A stretch of DNA of 13,762 nucleotides. Origin: Selaginella moellendorffii (lineage: Eukaryota; Plantae; Lycopodiophyta). The notes beneath the pieces were generated by a model. It was not told the DNA's origin. It saw only the letters and a list, made by a program, of their open reading frames with translations, and made no database searches. The stretch is from assembly GCF_000143415.4 (NCBI RefSeq), contig NW_003314546.1, positions 1 through 13,762 of the forward strand, in the 5' to 3' direction. Numbering within the stretch: position 1 is the stretch's first letter; each line of letters starts with the position of its first letter. Below, one piece after another: positions 1-9,501 of the stretch. Position numbers and translations under genes: made by a program.

Positions 1-1634
1 GATCATGATAGTGGAATAAAACCTAAGTAATTAACACATCCACCTGTGGCAAATATATATAGCCATTGTAGTAAAGAATCCCATCCACTAATGAAAAAGG
101 TGCTTCTATTTGAGCTTGCAACGAGACCACCTCAGCATCCTGAGCCTGAGCACACTCAACTAACTGCCCAAACTCGCTAACCACTTTATTCAAGTGATGA
201 CAAAACTGTGTTTGTAACACCATCACATGCAAACACGAGATAAAGCATTCGCCACCACATTCAATTTTCCCGAACAATGCTCAATAAAAAGCTCCCTAAA
301 TTCCATATGTTTACAAGCTTGTCTAATGTTCAACTCCTTCTGTGTGAAAAGATATACAAAGAGTTTGTGATCCGTCAACACCATGAACATTGCACCATAA
401 AGATAGTGTTGCCACGTTCGTAAAACATGAACAATGGAGAGTAACTCTTGCTCATATATGGAATAGCGTTGCTCCACGGGATTCAAAGTTCAACTCTCAT
501 ATGCAATAAGCTGTCCCTTTTGCATGAGAACTCTTCCCAATGCATAACCACTCGCATCACATATCACCTCATAAAGCTTTGATGGATCAACAATGTGAAG
601 CATTGGAACATCGCTTAACAACCGTTTCAATGTCACAAAACTATCCTCATGTGGTTTTTTCCACTTGAATAGCACATTCTTGTACAACAATCGTGCCAAA
701 GGAATAACCACCTCTACAAACTTATATTGAAAATGTCAATAGTAACTAGCCATACCAAGGAAACTACGTAACTTAGCCACTAAAGTTGGTGTAAGTTAAT
801 TCTCCACCACAGCCACCTTCCTTGGACCCATCTTGACCCACTTTCTTTGGATGTCATAATATGGCTTAGATATTCCACCTCCAACTTTGCAAACTCACAT
901 TTGCTCTTCTTCACATAAAGTTTGTTGTTATAGAGTAACAAAAGAACCTTGTGCAAATGCACTTTATGCTGAAATGGACATTGGTAAATTGGCTGCGTCC
1001 CTGGCTCTAACATAATCCCATGCTCCACACCTCGTAATGGAGGCAATCCATGAGGAATTTTAGAGGGAAAAACATCAAAGAACTCTTTGAGTATAGTCTA
1101 CACTACTGTCTTTCCTCTACATGTGGCTTGGTCCCCCAAGTCATGAACAAATAATAAGTAATTCAAAAGTGCTTTTCCATTATAACAAGCCCGCTTCAAA
1201 GATGTAGCAGAGAGCATAAAAACTGGAGGTTGAACTCCCTCTCCAAACCATATATCGTTAATACCACCGTACTCCAACAAAACATGCTTAATACTCCACT
1301 TTATCTCCGGATCCACCTTTACCAATTATGACATTCCAAGAATGAGATCCACACGATGAAGATTTGTGAGATAAAAAGTCTCCACAAGTGTGGTTTTGCC
1401 AACCAACACTTTCAGCCTTTCTACACAAATATTGAAATGCCAAGTAAAAGTAATTGCACCTTCTACCATATATGGAAGAATGTCTTGTGTCACCAGGCCA
1501 TGCTCCTCAACAAACTTTGTGGAAACAAAGTTGTTATCATTTCCACTGTCCAATAAAATCCACACTGAACTGCCACGGAACACACCCTCTAGCAAGCTGA
1601 TGCACAAGTGTCCTTGACCTTCATCTTGTTCCAT
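1..1634 (-). pseudogene. pol: pol remnant: aspartic protease (1326-1634), internally deleted RT (~712-1090), RNase H (223-711), linker to the integrase zinc-binding start (1-222)
   Basis: WILLDSGNDNNFVS and LILGMS*L (stop where W is expected); LRSFLGMASYY; YEVICDASGYALGRVLMQKGQLIAYES*; RT core including YxDD absent. Confidence 0.92.
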
Positions 1635-1791
1635 ACACAGTTAAGTTGATGAGCAGCAATCAAAAGCCTCTTCCTCCAACCAGAATGGTCGTCTTCATCA
1701 TCCTTGCGTTGCAAAGTTTGCAACTTCTTAGTATCTGACTTACCGTTAGTAGAAGATTGACCATTCTTGTTGCCATGTTATTTGCTCTTCA

Positions 1792-2526
1792 CTATGGACA
1801 ATCAGCCTTGTAGTGTCCTAGCTCGTGGCAATGATGACAACCTTGTCTATAATTCTTCATAAAGAATTTCTACTTTGTTGACCCCTGTGTATCTGAAGTA
1901 GCCATCATAGACTTTAGCTTGTGACATTTATTCCCATCCTTGTGTCCACAACAATCATCACGACAATTTTCAACAGAAAGATTCCTTGAACGCTTGTGAG
2001 ACTTATACTTGTCATTGTCAAGTCGATGAGCAGCATCAAACAGCTCCTCCAAACTCTTTGTACATTGAGAATGACGCAAGTGTTGCCGCATACTCTCACT
2101 ATGACACCCATCAATGAAGTAGGACTTGTTCTGATTTTGATCCTTCACTGGAACACAACTAATCAAGCGAGTTAACTTCTCAATATAGTCCCCAATCTTC
2201 ATTTTCCCTTGCTGAAAATGTCGAAGTTCGGTGTGAGCATTCTCCATGTCATAGTGAGGAGCAAAACGTAAATGGAAAGCAACCTCAAACTCATCCATTG
2301 TAAACATTAATGGTTTCTTATTCGCAACACAAGACTCCTCAAGCTAATTCCACCACCGAAGACTTACATTATGCAAAACCATTGAAATAGCCACTAAAGC
2401 CTCTGTATCCAGAATTCCTTTAATAGCCAAAAACTTCTTCACATTAGCTAGCCAAGCTAAACACTCATCCACACCACCATCACCAGAAAAGGTTGGAATC
2501 TTGAGTCGATCCAACCTTTTCTTCAT
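1792..2526 (-). pseudogene. gag: gag of the gypsy element (5'-truncated, premature stops)
   Basis: ORFs 2344..2526 and 1870..2307 and the zinc knuckle share one frame, interrupted by TAG codons at 2344 and 1870. Confidence 0.88.
1798..1839 (-). other. Gag CCHC zinc knuckle (CHHCHELGHYKADC)
   Basis: Manual translation past the 1870 stop gives C-x2-C-x4-H-x4-C; not in the ORF track. Confidence 0.9.
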
Positions 2527-4163
2527 CAGTGAATGGAAGTGTACGAATTTGCAAGAGTGATTGGCAATTCCCAGTTTATTTTACTTCCTTTTCAGCCATA
2601 CAAGCTTATTTATGCGTTGATGCTTGCTGAAGCTGGAAAGATAAATGAAGCTTTAAGGTTGGTAGTGATTTTTAACCGTATGCTTCGTTAACACAAGGTT
2701 TCTCTTTGAAGGTATTGCCAAGCAGTGTTGAAAACGTTGAAAACAGCGGGCCATGCAGCTGATGTGTGCAAAGAAGCGGCTGTAGCCTTGGAAGAGCGTC
2801 TTCATATCCACTCTCAGGTTTGTAAGTGGACACTCAGCTTTTATACTCACTTTCCTGTTATCCAGGGAGGCTCTGACGTGAATTGTGCAATGGTTTTTTG
2901 GCAATATTGGTCTACACAAGATGATAGGCCCGTTGCCCCCGAAAGCTTCTGATAATGCTGATATTAATAACTGTCCCGCAACAGCTTCTAGCAGAAGCAG
3001 TGTATCACTTGCTTCGTCAGCATCAATGGAACCCATAAGTGATAATACGAGAAGATCCAACATGCATTTCTGAGATTGACTTTAGGCCTGCACAGGGAAC
3101 TTGACTTGCTCTTGTGTACCTTTGATTAAGACTTGTATTCTTTCATCAGATCATTAGTCCAGCGAAAGGAACGCCAAACAGAGGCGTCTTTACTTCTTTC
3201 GTGCAAAGAGTGATGGGCTTCATAAAAACACCTTCGAAGGAGGTTTGTAGAAGCTTTGGAAAGAGCGCTAGCTGATTGATGGTCGGGTATGTGATGCAGG
3301 CAAAGCCTGGCGACAGCAACAAGTTTAGATACGACGAGACACTGAAGCGCTGGGTTGAAGAAGGAGCCGAGGCACAAGCACCAGACCTTCCATTGGCTCC
3401 TCCTCCCATGGCAAACAAGCTCGTCTCGCGCGTGGAGGAGAACGGCACTCTTATTTCCATGTCTCCCGAGAGACCAGAGCCAACTCCAGAAAGGCCGCAA
3501 CCGGTTGTGAGTGGAATCCGACCAATGCCTCCAAGCAGTAACCAGTACGCAGCTTGCGCACGTCAAAACGTTAGATCAAGGTACCGTTTTGGTCATTCCC
3601 AGCACTCTAATCTCATGAGGTTTTTGCAGATATGTCGATACATTCAACAAAGGTAGCATAACACCATCCAAGACATCATCGGACTCTCCTCCACTGTTTG
3701 GCGTGGTGCCAAAGGCAAGCACAAAGCCTTTGGCTCCAGCGAGATTTTTCGTGCCTGCGGCCGCTGCTGCCGCTGCTCCAGATATCAACAGCAACCATTC
3801 GGTGGATCCTTCCTCGGCACCAGCCTTTGTCTCCGACACAGCATTCTCAAACGGGAATGGAGCATTCGCTCAGCCAGTTGTACAGGATATGAGAAACGAT
3901 CCGGGGCCAATGCCTGATCATCTCTCGAGCAGCTCTTCGCCAGCAATGTTCTGTTTGAATCACTATCCAGCAGCACCGTCTCGTTGCCGCCACCTCCAGC
4001 TCTGGAAGTCACTCCACCAGTGATGGTCGAGCAGCAGCAGCAAAACCAACACCAGGAAAGTTCGATTCATCAGCACCACCATCAACAGTCCCGCACAGTG
4101 GGATTCGAAGCTGCCAGTTCCTCTGGAGTGTTTGGAGACGACTTGCAAGAGGTGGAATTGTAA
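2527..4163 (+). pseudogene. SEC16: 3' part of a COPII scaffold SEC16 (RGPR-related) gene, 6 exons, pseudogenised
   Basis: Exons 2527-2657 (EVYEFARVIGNSQFILLPFQPYKLIYALMLAEAG), 2712-2817 (YCQAVLKTLKT...LEERLHIHSQ), 2866-3095 (SASMEPIS...SEIDF), 3150-3242, 3300-3580 (AKPGDSNKFRYDETLKRWVEEGAE...VRSR) and 3630-4163 (YVDTFN...ARFFVP...GDDLQEVEL*) match recalled plant SEC16 motifs. Introns are 48-57 bp. Lesions: TGA at 2530, frameshifts in exons 3 and 6, and a GG instead of GT donor at 3096. Confidence 0.92.
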
Positions 4164-4394
4164 ATCACACTCCACAAGTAAGTAGTGTTGCTGGGTGGAT
4201 TTTGGTAGAGCAGTGTAGCGAAGTAGTAGTCGTGGAAGGGGGAATTTTTTTTGGCTGGGGTGATTCTTTGGAGCCACGAGCGAAGCGAGGAAGCTCCTTA
4301 AAGTTGCTAGAGAAAGGAAACTCTTTACAGTGTAACAAATAAAACCAAAGGCCTTGTGATGAATATACCTCGAATAATCTCCCGGATTTAAAAT

Positions 4395-5803
4395 ATGGCG
4401 CGCGTAGCTCACAAGGCATCGTCTTGGTGGGATGAAACGCTGGTTGTCTACGCGCGGTGTGGGCATTTGGAGGAATCGAGAAGGATCTTTGATGCATTGC
4501 CGGCCAAGAACATCGCGTCGTGGACGTCGCTCGCGACCGCGTATGCCGAGAGTGGGCATCCGGGGGAGGCCAAGGCAGCGTTCGATCGAATGGCGGTGCA
4601 GGACGTAGTTTCCTCCACTGCGATGGTCAAGGCGCTGGGCGATTGCGGGCGGATTGGATCGAGCAAGGCGGTGTTTGATGCGATGCCCGAGAGGAACAGC
4701 AAGACGTGGGCGACGCTGCTGCGGGGATTTGCTCGCGGCGGAGAGATTGCGCGAGCGAGAGAAGTGCTGGATCGGATGCCCGAGACGAATGTGGTAGCGT
4801 GGACGATCCTCGTGCAGGGTTTCGCGCAGCGCGGGCGAGTGGGCGGTGCGAAGGCCGCGTTTGATTCCATGCCCGAGAAGAACAGCATCACTCGCGCGGT
4901 GATGCTCGTCATGTTTGCGGAGAATGGATTCGTGGAGGAGGCGGAGGATGTCTTCCAGGAGATTGTCCACCGAAACGCGATCCTCTGGGGGGCGATGCAC
5001 TGCTGCTATGCCCAAAATGGGGATTTGATTCAAGCCAAGAGTTTGTTTGATAGGATGCCTCAGCACAGCGTACTGTCGTGGACGATTATGATCAAGTCAT
5101 ACGCGCAAAACGGTGATGCTGATCAAGGAAAACACTTGTTTGAAGAAATGCCACACAGAGATCTTGTTTCATGGAACGCGATAATCGCTGTTTATGCCCA
5201 GAGAGGTCGTTTCAAAGAGGCGATCCGGGCGTTTTCTTTGGTTTGCTGCTGGGATTCCTATTCATGGAACACAATTCTAGTGGTATATGCTCTAGATGGA
5301 AATATTTGTGATGCTAAGAAATCGTTCGATGAGATGCCAACTTGGAACTTGGTCTCCTGAAACACGATTCTTGCAGCATATGCCCAGACCGGGCAGCGAT
5401 CCAGCTCTTCTGGGCGATGTTTCTTCACGGCTTTGGCCCCGACAAGGCAGCGTTTGCCATCGTTTTGATGGCGTGTAGCTATCTGGGGCTCGTCAAGGAA
5501 GCAGTAAGCTACTTCACGGCAATGAGCTTTGACAATGGATTGGATCCTTCGCAAGACCACTACGCCTGCATTGTTGATGCTCTCGGACGACTAGGGCGAT
5601 TGAAAGGGGCCGAGGATGTCCTGGAGAATATGCCTTTGCCAGCAGATGGAGTTGCATGGGCAACGTTTCTTACCGCGTGCAAAAACCACGGGGAGATGAA
5701 TCGAGGGATGCATGCTGCGGAATTTACGTGCCAGTCCAGCCTTGTGAGTGATGCATTGCCTTATGTGATGCTGGAGAACATCTTCAGAGCAGTTCAGACT
5801 TGA
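4395..5803 (+). pseudogene. PLS-class pentatricopeptide repeat protein with E domain (organellar RNA-editing-factor type), disrupted
   Basis: About ten 31-aa S/SS motifs (FDxMPxxNxxSW...YAQNG) in 4395..5360. The stop TGA at 5358 replaces W in LVS*NTILAAYAQTG. A frameshift near 5390 leads into P2-L2-S2-E (PDKAAFAIVLMACSYLGLV, HYACIVDALGRLGRL, WATFLTACKNHG, PYVMLENIF). No DYW domain seen. Confidence 0.92.
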
Positions 5804-6290
5804 TGTGTTGACCCAAACATCGATCGTTGATATCCAGCCATTCCGTGAGCCGCCCCATCCCCCATGGATGGAGAGCGGGACGCACAGAGATTGGGCATAG
5901 GAGAGTCTTCAGAAATCTATCTGGAGTGTTAAGTGCAGTGGGTTTGCTATAGCCAGCAACGCAAGATCCAACGCTGCTGTTGTGAATTTGAGCAGCAGCA
6001 CTGCGCTCCTCCTGCTCCACATCAGTGCCATGCTAGGCGTGGCAATCCAGATTCTCAAGACCATGCCGGTGAGAGTCTATCATGAGCTCCTGTTGAAAGT
6101 GGGAAGTAGTGGTGTGAAATGCTTGCGTTTGAGGCGCAGGTGGAGATGGGCTCATTGATACCTCGTTCCCATTGCCTTCCTTGTATCCTATCTCCCTCGT
6201 TGCCTCCCGACATGCTTCATATGTTCTCCTCTCTGAGTTCCATATGTTATCCTCTCCGCTGGGCCTCAGCCCATTCTTGATATTTACGAA

Positions 6291-6321
6291 GGCTCCATTG
6301 GATGTTGATACAGAGAATTAA
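6291..6321 (+). repeat. Candidate left terminal inverted repeat
   Basis: GGCTCCATTGGATGTTGATACAGAGAATTAA. The reverse complement of 6301-6321 (TTAATTCTCTGTATCAACATC) matches 11006-11025 (TTAAT-CTCAGCATCAACATC) at 18/21. The GGC start is Harbinger-like and lies at a GC-to-AT compositional break. Confidence 0.35.
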
Positions 6322-6342
6322 ATTTAAAGACAATTGGCCCAC

Positions 6343-7183
6343 TTTTATGATGGGCTTAATCTATGTTGAATGGATTGCTCTTTGCAAAGCATGTATGCAA
6401 GGCGATTTTACAAGGAAATTTATCAAATCTTCCACAAAGTCAATGCCATACCTGTCAAGAACCAAATTTTTGGAGAGCTTTAGGAATTAGTATAGGGATA
6501 TATAGGGATGCATAATGAAGGATAGCTAAGTAATTTGATGATGAGAAGTTTGACATGGCGCAAGCAGAGTGCGCCTCTCAAGGCATCCAAATCTATGTTC
6601 TAGCTCCCATTTGGAAATAAGAAAGATTACAAGTGCCATTTCCTATCCCTTTGAAAACTTTCTTTCTATTCTGCAGGGTGGAGTTAATGTTGTTGTCACA
6701 AATAATTATAAAGCAAGTATAAGGGAATATTGCTTCTTCAATGACAACTAGCACTTTGTAAAATGTTTTGTGACCAACTATTCCCTTCTCTTCCAATATC
6801 ATGGAATATAAGTATATGAAAGTTTTCAAAACTATCATGTTGGAGTACAATATTAATCATTCTTAAACTCTTAGGAATACTAGACTCAGTTCCCTTTAAT
6901 CTTTCAGTCTAGCATCATTCCAAATACAGGATTCCTTTTGAGACAAGGATAATTAGTTGTTATTTCAATCTACATTGAGTTATAATTTAAATAGATTGCT
7001 ACTTTGTCCTCTATGACATGCTAGATGGAGAAAAAGTGTTATATAAGATCATATTTTTTATGCATTCCTCAAGTATTCTTTACAATTCAAATATTTATTT
7101 TAATAGAATTTTGTTTTTGTAGGCTATTTGCAAACGAACACCAAACAGCTGATTGCATAAATAGAAGATGATGGTCACATTAG
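6343..7183 (+). pseudogene. Unidentified, heavily decayed spliced ORF
   Basis: Two GT-AG intron candidates with pyrimidine tracts (6633-6676, 44 bp; 7073-7122, 50 bp), both AA|G phase 2, flank a 396-bp middle exon. One frame reads through both junctions but has many stops; no family recognised. Confidence 0.35.
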
Positions 7184-7357
7184 ATTATGGTTTCCAGACA
7201 TGCAAATGATTCTTTCACAAGGTGTATGACCTATTTGCACACATATCATATTTTTATATTCTTTATTTTTCCACAATACCTATCTTTTTATAGCTTCAGT
7301 TTTGAGTATTTCTTCAATGTAGGCACTATATTTTACTATCACAGTCAAATTGTGATG

Positions 7358-7525
7358 GCCACATCAGCAATTTGAAGTAACATTGCCTTTGTACATGTCA
7401 CTGTCACCATCATTTTTTTAATAGTGGCATTGTGACAGTGAAATCAATTTAAATGTTTTTCAGAACTAGCCCAGCTGGTTGACCACCATGAAACCTGGAA
7501 TAGAAAGTTAAAATGCTGATGTGGC
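7358..7525. repeat. Nested short inverted repeats upstream of the Myb-like ORF
   Basis: GCCACATCAGCA (7358-7369) pairs with TGCTGATGTGGC (7514-7525), perfect 12 bp. TCACTGTCAC (7398-7407) pairs with GTGACAGTGA (7432-7441), perfect 10 bp. Confidence 0.7.
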
Positions 7526-7587
7526 AATTATTTCCTCCCACCACTATTGCTGACATGTCAATTCATGGTTTTAGAGTCTTGAGTAGA

Positions 7588-8560
7588 ATGGCAGAGCAAT
7601 AGTTGAACAATTTGGAAATTGTGTTCTTCACTCAATGTCAGCAAGAGTTTTTGGATGATGGTTCTCAATTTAGCAAGGGGAATTTTACTACTCCCACTCC
7701 ACTGAAGCCTCTGAAACCAACTAGAAATCAGGGGTATTGGTCTTTAAATGAATTGTTAGCTATGAATGAAGCAAAAAAGCATGATTTCTTCTTACAACAG
7801 CGAGGTAGCATTCAGAAGGCACAACACTACAAGCGTTCATTGGCAGCAAGTTTCCGAGTAAGTTTGGATTTTTTAGACTTCCAGTCATTCACTAAGTTTT
7901 TAGCTACTATTTGACACATGGTGTCAATTGTTTGCTTGGGCAATACCAATCTCATTGGGAGTATATCTACAAAGAGTTCAACAAAATCAAGTCATATGAA
8001 TATCATGTTCTTACTGGCAAATGCAATACTGAAACATGACAATAGAGCAATGTCGTGAAGGTGATATACCACCAACGTTCAATGATCAACTCTATGCAAT
8101 GATGGACGAGTGGCTTTAGGATTGTCAAATTGTAAATTCATAGAGACAGACTTAAAAATCAATGTCTTCACCATCTACATCCCAACAATCATCATTACCA
8201 ACACCAAGAGCTTCACAACAATGATCACTATTACCTCCATATGGAGAATTAGAGCCTAAAGGCATGTTTTGTAGTTTTTAATCACTTTTGGCAATGACAA
8301 AAAACAACAACAATCCTGAAAAGCATAGTTTAGGCCGGTTGAGGAAGAAGTCCTACACACAACTTGCAGAACAACTTGCAGGAGCACTGTGTGACAAAAA
8401 TGTGAGCCTCATTGATACAATGGAAAATAGCTAGAAGGAAATTTGTTCTCATAATCTGAAGAAGGAAGAATTCATGGAGCGTACTCTAGCTGTGGATAAT
8501 TAGATGGTGAAGAGTGTGGATCAAGTAGCTCAAGTTTTGTTTGCAATTGCTGATTTTTTG
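7588..8560 (+). pseudogene. Trihelix/Myb-SANT-like DNA-binding protein (ASR3-like; Harbinger accessory ORF), decayed
   Basis: ATG at 7588, then RNQGYWSLNELLAMNEAKKHD, a frameshift, and HWQQVSD. After a 46-bp intron (7858-7903): YYLTHGVN...QSHWEYIYKEFNKIKSYE...Y*NMTIEQCREGDIPPTFNDQLYAMMDEWL. The C-terminal helix VDQVAQVLFAIADFL precedes a GTAAGT donor at 8561. Confidence 0.85.
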
Positions 8561-8806
8561 GTAAGTCAATTCATTATCTTATTTATGAACTTCACTTTTG
8601 TAGTTTACAGCGTTACTAATTACTATTTCCAAAGCGATGAGGGAGATGATGAACTGATGAAGATGTGATGATTTACCTGATCAACAATTCTAAGCCCAGC
8701 ATTCCCACCTTGCATTGCCACTGCCAATATCCTTGGATCAATTCCATCAATTTAGATAGAGCATTCTTGTTAGAAGGACATGAGTGTTCACATAAAGCTG
8801 TTTGTA

Positions 8807-9139
8807 TTAGTTGTCTGGCAATAGAAACACAAATGGATCAAAGTTAGATTGAAAGGAAAGAAAGAACTTTGCAAGAGTAAGTACCAAGAATGCCAAATTG
8901 CGAAATGACAATCTTTGTGTATGGTTGATTGAATCCCCTCTTAGTGACCACTGCTCGAGTATCGCCTATAAGCTTGGCAATGTTGTGGGGATTCAAGATG
9001 AGATTTTTTCCAAGGAACGAAGAGAAGAAAATACATACTGGAAGTAAAGATTGCTTGTGTTATCTTTGACCACCCTGGTACTCACAATCTTCTGGACAAC
9101 ATCCAGGCCTTCTACCACCTGCCCTACCACCGAATTCAT
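8807..9139 (-). pseudogene. CYP26-2: 3' fragment of a chloroplast cyclophilin CYP26-2-like gene, with introns
   Basis: VVGQVVEGLDVVQKIVSTRVVKDNTSNLYF, an intron at 8983-9038 (GTATGT donor, acceptor AG changed to AA), then IAKLIGDTRAVVTKRGFNQPYTKIVISQFG. This matches the recalled CYP26-2 C-terminus (DNTSSPYFRVAKVIGDKRAVVAERGFNRPYSKVVVTNCG). Possible last intron 8815-8884, then DN*. Confidence 0.85.
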
Positions 9140-9199
9140 TGGGAATTTCAAAGAATTTGTTGGGAGACCAAGTAGGATCCCAACTTCTAGTGATAGAAC

Positions 9200-9501
9200 A
9201 GCTTCAATGGCCTCAAGCTGCATTCCCTTGCGTCACCAGCCTCAAGCTGCATTTCCAAGCGTCTTCTGCAGTGCCATTCCAAATCATTTTCTTCCCTCTT
9301 CCTCTTGCTGCCAGACCACTCAACACGCAATCATTTAATCATTTTAAAACCTTCCCTATGAGAAGAACGGAAACGAACCTGAATGTTAGAATCAGACCAA
9401 CATTGGCAGCAGCTGTGACTCTAAACTCATCATAGCCCCCCTCTCTATGCTCTCAGCCAGGTTCCTTGCTGTGCTTGCGTTCAAGCCCTGTATTGAAATC
9501 T
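9200..9501 (-). other. Exon-like fragments of an unidentified gene abutting the cyclophilin fragment
   Basis: TTTTAATTCAG acceptor at 9502, a 123-bp exon candidate (9379-9501), a GTTCGT...TGGCAG intron (9308-9378), then SKRKREENDLEW...; not clearly cyclophilin. Confidence 0.35.
9210..9253 (+). repeat. 15-bp direct repeat, period 29
   Basis: GCCTCAAGCTGCATT at 9210-9224 and 9239-9253. Confidence 0.85.

Larger units (their letters stand above)
1..2526 (-). mobile_element. Degenerate Ty3/gypsy LTR retrotransposon internal region (gag-PR-RT-RNaseH-start of INT); 5' LTR/PBS missing; continues past the left edge
   Basis: Minus-strand frames give gag (IPTFSGDG...WL, FEVAFHLRF, ELRHFQQGKMKIGDYIEK), a CCHC knuckle, protease (LLDSG), RT ends (PPLRGVEHGI; KLYVKKSKCEF), RNase H (CDASGYALG, QELLSIV, TDHK, NVVANALSR) and the pre-integrase linker (GILYYNGYIYLP...HYHD). 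PR-RT-RH-INT order is diagnostic of gypsy. Many in-frame stops and frameshifts. Confidence 0.95.

Noticed and set aside
1356-1617. Plus-strand ORFs opposite the protease
   Set aside because: Shadow ORFs of the retroelement protease.
2653-4012. Minus-strand ORFs 2653..3063, 3126..3566, 3146..3460, 3576..3839, 3785..4012
   Set aside because: Antisense to well-supported SEC16 exons and introns.
4030-4088. CAG/CAC-rich run
   Set aside because: Encodes the Q/H-rich low-complexity tail of SEC16, not an independent repeat.
3963-5066. 367-aa minus-strand ORF (also 4448..4912 and 5258..5560)
   Set aside because: Antisense shadows of the GC-rich PPR coding region; no independent motifs.
5358-5400. 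Idea that the PPR stop is rescued by RNA editing or readthrough, or that there are two separate PPR genes
   Set aside because: TGG>TGA is not reverted by C-to-U or U-to-C editing, and a frameshift follows about 30 bp later within the same motif; simple decay of one gene explains it.
8676-8752. Minus-strand peptide IDGIDPRILAVAMQGGNAGLRIVDQ followed by a GTAAAT donor
   Set aside because: Too short to assign; may be 3' flank of the cyclophilin fragment.
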